Source of the DNA: Cyanobacteriota bacterium | GTDB taxonomy: Bacteria; Cyanobacteriota; Cyanobacteriia; Thermostichales; Thermostichaceae | DNA: 22,930 nt | Assembly (NCBI GenBank): GCA_033764955.1 | Contig: JANRIL010000026.1 | Coordinates: 1 to 22,930, forward strand | Reading direction: 5' to 3' | Shown: positions 17,623 to 22,930 of the stretch, piece by piece | Layout of the letters: every line of letters starts with the position of its first letter | How positions within the stretch are numbered: position 1 is the stretch's first letter | Notes under the pieces: generated by a model | Seen by the model: only the letters and a program-made list of their open reading frames with translations | What the model was told of the DNA's origin: nothing | The model's database searches: none | Made by a program: the position numbers and the translations under genes

Positions 17623-19446
17623 TCAACGGTAACGTTTTTTCTGACGGCGTTCCAGCCGATTCAAAATGCGAGCGATCAACTCTGGCCCCACCACAGGTTT
17701 GTTGACATAATCATCGCCACCCACGTTAAACACGTGAATGATGCTGGCGGGGTCGCGGTGGGCAGTCAGAAACAAAATCGGTAATGCCTCAAAGGTGGTG
17801 GACTGTCGTACTACCTGGCACAATTCAATCCCCGATACCTCCGGCATCTCAACATCCAAAATCAAGAGGTCAGGTTGTGTTTGTTGCAGGGTTTCCCAAA
17901 ACAGCAGGGGTTGGTTGAGGGTAAGGATCTCAAACCCCCAGGGCTGGAGCAGTTCCACCAACATCTCCAAAAAGCTGGCATCATCATCCACCAGCAGCAA
18001 CTTGGCGGGGGCGCTATCCCGTGAGCGATACAGGTCTCGCACTGCCGCCAGCATGTCGTGGCTAGGAGTGGTGGCGGCCACAACCCCATGCCCCCCCCAC
18101 TTGGCAATCTGTCGCCGCTCCGCCAGGGTATCTTGGGTGGGGATGACGATAATGGGCAGAGGAAAGGGATCCCACAAGCTCTGCAACTGTTGGAGAGGGC
18201 TAGGGTCGCCCTGCCAAGCCCGCAAATCCACTAGCAACACATCCGGTTGTAGGGTTTGGATCCACGCTGGCAGATCGTCCTCTTGCTTGAGTAAGGGGGT
18301 TAAGTGGATGGCTTGGACGGGGGCAGCCAGCCGCAGGGATTGCTCAAGGTCGGTGGACAATCCCCAGGTCAAGAGGCGGATCCAGAGGGGGGATCCTATC
18401 GTGGCTGGAGTGGAGGGTAGTGGGGAATTATGGCGTGGCTCTTGGGCTAACTCGGCTTGCAGTTGTTGGCAGAGGCTTTGCAGTTCTGCGAGGGGACGCG
18501 GTGGAGATTGGATCCCAACTTCCAACCGGCGAGCCAATGCGGATCCCTGAGTAAACCCCAATGTGCCCAGGGATCCGGCTAATTTGTGAGCCGCCTGTTG
18601 CGCCTGCTGCCGTTCTGCTTCCGGCAGATCTGCGATGGCTAAACGATGCAGAGCCTGCTCAATAATCTCCAGTCGTTCTAGCATCTTGGGCTTAAAGCGA
18701 GGCCAAGCCGCGGTCAGAGCAACAATAGCTGGGTTGGGATCGGAGGGAGGAGCGACGGGAGCAACCTGTTCAAGAGCGGGGTTGAGACGATACCCCAGCC
18801 CATACACGGACTCGATCAGATCGGGGGGAGCACCCCCAGCCTTCAGATTTTGGCGCAACCCTTTGATGTGAGCCTTGATCGTGTCTTCGTTGGGAGAATC
18901 CTCTAGAGTCCAGAGTTGGTCGAGGATGGCACCACGGCTAAACACCCGCCGCCCGTTGCGAAGCAGCAGTTCTAATAAGCTATATTCCTTGGGGCGCAGG
19001 GTAATCGGCTTGCCCCCATAGGACACCTGGCAGGTGGTGGGATCCAGGCGCAGCTCTCCCCAACTTAAGACAAGAGATGGGGGAACCTGGCCCCGCCGAG
19101 ACAGCGCCCGCACTCGTGCCGCCAACTCTCCTAGGCTGACGGGCTTGACCAAATAGTCATCGGCTCCGGCATCCAACCCAACAATTTTGTCGCTGTCGGA
19201 AGCATGGGCGGTCAACAATAAAATCGGGGTATGGGATCCCTGGCTACGCAACTTTTTACAGAGACTAATGCCATCTAACTTCGGCAGGTTGACATCAATA
19301 ATGATGAGGTCCGGTTCCATTGACTGAGCCAAATCCAACCCCAGCAGACCATCTCTGGCTAGCTCTAGGATATGGCGCTGTTGTTTGAGGCTATCAATCA
19401 ACAGTTCCGCCAGCGGCTCATCGTCTTCAACCAGTAGGATTTTCAC
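17623..19446 (-). CDS. Multidomain response regulator REC - OmpR wHTH - HPt - pseudo-REC - REC (RcaC-like architecture)
   Basis: KILLVEDD/IIDVNLP/KP; wHTH with IESVYGLGYRL; HPt AHKLAGSLG; C-terminal LLVDDD/ILDVEMP/NKP. Confidence 0.93.
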   Translation of the reverse strand: MKILLVEDDEPLAELLIDSLKQQRHILELARDGLLGLDLAQSMEPDLIIIDVNLPKLDGISLCKKLRSQGSHTPILLLTAHASDSDKIVGLDAGADDYLVKPVSLGELAARVRALSRRGQVPPSLVLSWGELRLDPTTCQVSYGGKPITLRPKEYSLLELLLRNGRRVFSRGAILDQLWTLEDSPNEDTIKAHIKGLRQNLKAGGAPPDLIESVYGLGYRLNPALEQVAPVAPPSDPNPAIVALTAAWPRFKPKMLERLEIIEQALHRLAIADLPEAERQQAQQAAHKLAGSLGTLGFTQGSALARRLEVGIQSPPRPLAELQSLCQQLQAELAQEPRHNSPLPSTPATIGSPLWIRLLTWGLSTDLEQSLRLAAPVQAIHLTPLLKQEDDLPAWIQTLQPDVLLVDLRAWQGDPSPLQQLQSLWDPFPLPIIVIPTQDTLAERRQIAKWGGHGVVAATTPSHDMLAAVRDLYRSRDSAPAKLLLVDDDASFLEMLVELLQPWGFEILTLNQPLLFWETLQQTQPDLLILDVEMPEVSGIELCQVVRQSTTFEALPILFLTAHRDPASIIHVFNVGGDDYVNKPVVGPELIARILNRLERRQKKRYR

Positions 19447-19815
19447 AGCACTCTGGGGGACAAGGTTGCGGGCTAGCCTCCTGCAAGGCTCTCCATTTGA
19501 GAGAGTTGAGCCGTCAAACTCTATGGGAAAGCTGGGGATCCCTCTCTTTCTCTTCCATTTTAGTTAGGAGTGCCAGAAATACCCCATCTCCCAGTCTTTT
19601 TATATTCTCAACTTTCTATTCTCAGTAGAATCATGCTTCCGATAAGCCGATATTCATCGAGGTAGCCTAGCGAAAGTTACTATCGACCGTAAACGGCGTG
19701 ACGGGTGGAGTCGTTTTTGTCTGTTTTGTGGCTAACATCCTGCTCTCGCGGATGCTCTGGGCACACGGCTCTTGGTTATGGTTTGATCAATTGCAGGCCG
19801 CTACGTTTTGCTGTT

Positions 19816-20610
19816 ATGGGACTGATTTTGGAATCTCCAGGGCCAATTTTATGGCAATGGGGTTGGCTACAACTGCGTTGGTATGGAGTCTTGATTGGGG
19901 TAGCCATTCTCTTGGGTTTATGGCTAGCTCAAGCGGCAGCACGGCGGCGGGGTTGGGATCCCGCTCTCATGTCAGAATTGCTGGGCTGGTTGATGATCGG
20001 GGCGATTCCGGCAGCCAGACTCTACTACGTGCTGTTTGAGTGGCCGATCTATCGGCAGCAGCCTTGGTGGAAGGTGCTAGCCATTTGGCAAGGAGGCATC
20101 GCCATTCATGGGGCTTTGTTGGGGGGGATGCTAGCCATTGGCTGGTTTGCCCGCTACCGTCAGCTTAACTTTTGGCAACTGGCCGACACGATTATCCCCT
20201 CTGTCATCTTGGGACAAGCCATCGGGCGCTGGGGAAATTTCTTTAATAACGAAGCCTATGGAGGAGCGATTGCGGCGACTAGCTGGATTCAACTGCGGCT
20301 ACCTAATGGATCGTTGGTTCATCCCACTTTTTTCTATGAATCCCTGTGGAATCTGGGAGTGTTTGTTCTGCTGCTGAGGTTAAGTAGACGGCCAGTCCCC
20401 CTGCCAGCGGGGAGTTTGTTGGCGGTTTATCTGATTGCTTATAGTCTGGGGCGGTTTTGGATTGAAGGGCTACGCACCGACAGCCTGATGCTAGGACCTT
20501 GGCGGGTAGCGCAGGGGGTTAGCCTCCTCCTGATCGGGCTGGGATCCCTCTTGCTCTGGCAGCGCCGCCGAGCCGCCCTAACGTCAGCCAACAACTCAAG
20601 CTCAACATAA
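19816..20610 (+). CDS. lgt: Prolipoprotein diacylglyceryl transferase
   Basis: LRWYG, ARLYYV, WQGGIAIHG, QAIGRWGNFFN.E, HPTFFYES and RFWIEGLRTD. Start more likely ATG 19816 than 19705. Confidence 0.96.
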   Translation: MGLILESPGPILWQWGWLQLRWYGVLIGVAILLGLWLAQAAARRRGWDPALMSELLGWLMIGAIPAARLYYVLFEWPIYRQQPWWKVLAIWQGGIAIHGALLGGMLAIGWFARYRQLNFWQLADTIIPSVILGQAIGRWGNFFNNEAYGGAIAATSWIQLRLPNGSLVHPTFFYESLWNLGVFVLLLRLSRRPVPLPAGSLLAVYLIAYSLGRFWIEGLRTDSLMLGPWRVAQGVSLLLIGLGSLLLWQRRRAALTSANNSSST

Positions 20611-20690
20611 CGACCAAGTTGAGCGGCTGCAGATAGCCTCTGACTCCTACAGATAACCTCTCGGCGGTCGGCTCCAACGACTTGTTAGCT
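20605..20690 (-). mobile_element. Integron attC-like recombination site 1 (86 bp)
   Basis: Minus strand: R'' AGCTAAC, AAGTCG, L'' TTGGAGCCGAC ... L' GCCGCTCAA, CTTGGTC, R' GTTATGT. L'' has the extra unpaired base (TTGGAGC vs GCTCAA). Confidence 0.85.
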
Positions 20691-20726
20691 CGTCGCACTC
20701 ACCAGAGAGCTATCTGAACAATGCGT

Positions 20727-22472
20727 CTAACCTAAAAGTTGACTCAATTTGTTAAAGAATTGATGGACATCTTCGTGAATTTCATCTGCAATCATACTAG
20801 CTGCAACTATTTCGCGAGTTAACTCTAATGCAGAAGTTGATTGTATCGGAAGCTCGCAAGATTTAAGGCGCTGAAAAAGGGAGTCTGGATTCTCAAATAA
20901 GAGCCTTTTACCATTTACAAGTTGAAAGATGTTTGCCTTGACATTCCTCCAAGATTGACCTAGTGGGAGAGTAAGATTTTCGCCAGCAAAGAAATTTTCA
21001 ATCATTTCTCTAATTGGAGATGAAAAAATATCATTGTCACTAACACCAATTTTTTGTAGAGCTACCCTTATCCAGGCATCTGGCACAAGCAAATAATTCT
21101 CAATATTTTTACGTCGCCATTCATACAGAACCGGATTATTATCCTCTGGATGGAAAGTTTCGTCCTCATCATAATCAAATAACACGAGTCGCTTTGTAGA
21201 AGGAATGATTTGTTTTACCCCATCAAAGTGGCGCTTACTATCATCCTTCATTTTTTCTTTTGAGCCACCCCGCATAACGCGAAAACAAGCCTGATTTAGG
21301 GGTTCTTGCATATTCAAAGCAGTAGCCCAACCTCTTAAGAGACGCTCATCAGTTTCTCCCTCAACATATAAAAGTATAGGTACAGAAAGCTCTGAAAGTT
21401 GAGTGATCTCCAAATTAGAAACATCCGCCATTGCAGTCAAAATAGCTGGGGTTGATTCTACCCGTTTAGGGACTTTATCAAGTAGCGAAATGATTTGGCG
21501 AACATCAACTCCTTGAATGAATTCCTCAGCATGTGTCGCGATCAGAAACTGAGTATTTCTCTGGATCGCTTTCTGATTTTTAAAGTAGTCTAAAATTTCT
21601 CGTTGTAAATTAACGTGAAGATGTGCATCAGGTTCATCAAGCAAGATAGTAGTAGGCTTATACCCATAAAAAAATGCCAAGAGAGTTAATGTTTGATGAA
21701 AACCACTCCCTCCGGAAATGATGTCGTAAGACTTCTCTCCTTGTCTATATTCACAAATTATCTGTGTATCGACTCCTCTCTCATATTGGGGATCTCTTAA
21801 ATCAACACTGAACCACTGCTTGATAACTCGTTGAATCTCAGACCAATCTTCTCGGTTTTCTTCCCAAACCCGGAGCAGAAGATTTCTTAGCACACTGCCT
21901 GGTTGGGCTTTACCAATCTGCTTACGTAAAGGTCCATCATCTCGCCACTCTTCATTAGGCTCCAAACCAGAGAAAGGTGGAACATAAGCAATAACAGGTA
22001 AAAGCGAGACTGACTGATCCGGCTTTCCTTCCAGATCTCGAAAATGCTCCCATCCCTCCGAAGGAATAGCGTAGATTGTTTGAGGGGAACTGTAACGTAA
22101 TTTGACCCCAAATGAGCATTGCTTAGGTTCAGGAGTATCAGTTATCCAAGTAACGTCGATTTCTACTAAGATAAACTCTTGCTTTTTAGACCCATTAACT
22201 TTGGGATATCGGCGGTCAGTTTTTTCTTTCCAAAGAAGGTTGAATTCTGGGACGGGGAGCGCCGTGAAGTTAGGAAGAACGACTTGCTTTCCGGTGTTAC
22301 CCTGACGCTTAACTCGGCGGAATTCATCAACACAAAACTGCCAGATGGCTAAAGCTTGCAAGATAGTGCTTTTACCACTATTATTACGCCCCACTAGAAG
22401 ATCAAATTGAGCAAACTCGTAGGTTTGCTCCTCAATGCTCTTAAAGTTTCTTAAGGTTAGTGTAGTTATCAC
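20727..22472 (-). CDS. ABC-type ATPase + TOPRIM (OLD-family-like ATP-dependent nuclease), cassette-borne
   Basis: NFKS, Walker A GRNNSGKST, signature SGGSGF, Walker B LLDEPDAHLH, ATH, TOPRIM YVEGETD and FDYD, IENY. AT-rich, no GGGATCCC. Confidence 0.85.
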   Translation of the reverse strand: MITTLTLRNFKSIEEQTYEFAQFDLLVGRNNSGKSTILQALAIWQFCVDEFRRVKRQGNTGKQVVLPNFTALPVPEFNLLWKEKTDRRYPKVNGSKKQEFILVEIDVTWITDTPEPKQCSFGVKLRYSSPQTIYAIPSEGWEHFRDLEGKPDQSVSLLPVIAYVPPFSGLEPNEEWRDDGPLRKQIGKAQPGSVLRNLLLRVWEENREDWSEIQRVIKQWFSVDLRDPQYERGVDTQIICEYRQGEKSYDIISGGSGFHQTLTLLAFFYGYKPTTILLDEPDAHLHVNLQREILDYFKNQKAIQRNTQFLIATHAEEFIQGVDVRQIISLLDKVPKRVESTPAILTAMADVSNLEITQLSELSVPILLYVEGETDERLLRGWATALNMQEPLNQACFRVMRGGSKEKMKDDSKRHFDGVKQIIPSTKRLVLFDYDEDETFHPEDNNPVLYEWRRKNIENYLLVPDAWIRVALQKIGVSDNDIFSSPIREMIENFFAGENLTLPLGQSWRNVKANIFQLVNGKRLLFENPDSLFQRLKSCELPIQSTSALELTREIVAASMIADEIHEDVHQFFNKLSQLLG

Positions 22473-22661
22473 AGGGCTATATTGACAGACAGCTTATATA
22501 TGAAAATCTTATCTTATGTTTTGCCATTTAAGCTCTGCCACATTCGATATGTGTTATCGCAAGATTTTAGTTAAGTACGCTTGCACTAGAAATATATCAG
22601 GTAAATAAATATTTTGGTTTGGAACAGCAATTTTAAGATCTGCTTCAACCAGTAGCGTGAG

Positions 22662-22747
22662 AGCTAACGGTTGAATTGAGCGGACGCAAATGCTTTTTGA
22701 ATCAACGATAGCGTTTACCGATGTTCCGCTCCAATGAAGTGTTAGCT
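22662..22747 (-). mobile_element. Integron attC-like recombination site 2 (86 bp)
   Basis: Minus strand: R'' AGCTAAC, ACTTCA, L'' TTGGAGCGGA ... L' TCCGCTCAA, TTCAACC, R' GTTAGCT. Confidence 0.88.
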
Positions 22748-22930
22748 GGCTGAGTGCAACTGCTGGAGGAATTCTTGATAAATCGGCTCATGTGACGCTG
22801 AAAAGTTCTCCATGCCTGTCTTTGTTAAGTTTCCGCTCTTTCCAGTATGCGGATTCTTTACATAGCTAGAAATCACTTTTGGGCGTTCTGGATTCTCATG
22901 CCAGGTAATGTTGAAAGCTGCGTATTTTGG
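22742..22930 (-). CDS. 3' end of an unknown cassette ORF (window-truncated)
   Basis: Open frame PKYAAFNITWHENPERPKVISSYVKNPHTGKSGNLTKTGMENFSASHEPIYQEFLQQLHSAS*, with its TAA inside the R'' box AGCTAAC. Confidence 0.65.
   Translation of the reverse strand, partial: PKYAAFNITWHENPERPKVISSYVKNPHTGKSGNLTKTGMENFSASHEPIYQEFLQQLHSAS

Larger units (their letters stand above)
357..20550. repeat. Highly iterated palindrome GGGATCCC (HIP1 variant), dozens of dispersed copies
   Basis: Examples at 357-364, 1473-1480, 2449-2456 and 2504-2511, plus many copies inside backbone genes. None seen in 7700-8880 or 20700-22930. Confidence 0.85.

Noticed and set aside
17738..18550. 270-aa plus-strand ORF and similar shadow ORFs across the window
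   Set aside because: Antisense shadows of well-supported genes.
19603..19624. TATTCTCA direct repeat between the regulator and lgt
   Set aside because: Only two copies at 14-bp spacing in AT-rich DNA; insufficient support.
19698..20039. 113-aa ORF and the extended lgt start at 19705
   Set aside because: Overlaps lgt out of frame; Lgt similarity starts near MGLILESPGP (19816).
20605..22747. CRISPR or IS terminal-inverted-repeat interpretation of the two 86-bp elements
   Set aside because: They are co-oriented, internally palindromic, divergent in the middle and separated by a whole gene, with no transposase. This fits attC sites.

Overview
Cyanobacterial chromosomal segment, probably from a Thermostichus / hot-spring Synechococcus-type organism (inferred from the very frequent GGGATCCC palindrome and the gene content). 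The backbone carries an XRE-S24 repressor, a half-size GDT1 transporter, intron-less tRNA-Leu(UAA), clpP, a GT39 glycosyltransferase, DUF4079, murE, a large MshEN/coiled-coil protein, a GalU-like nucleotidyltransferase plus ArsR, a four-gene RcaE/F/C-like phosphorelay with a TPR-input kinase, and lgt. Several accessory elements are not explained by the ORF track. (1) Two 86-bp integron attC-like sites (20605-20690, 22662-22747) delimit AT-rich gene cassettes: an OLD-like ATPase-TOPRIM nuclease and a second, window-truncated ORF whose stop lies in the R'' box. No integrase is in the window. (2) A probable third, decayed cassette upstream of murE carries a frameshifted RusA-like gene and a PD-(D/E)XK+HEPN gene. 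(3) Two related non-coding IS200/IS605 (TnpB-type) miniature elements lie at 1-128 and 3442-3855; the latter appears to keep the right-end RNA region. Family calls rest on motif recognition only; no searches were run.
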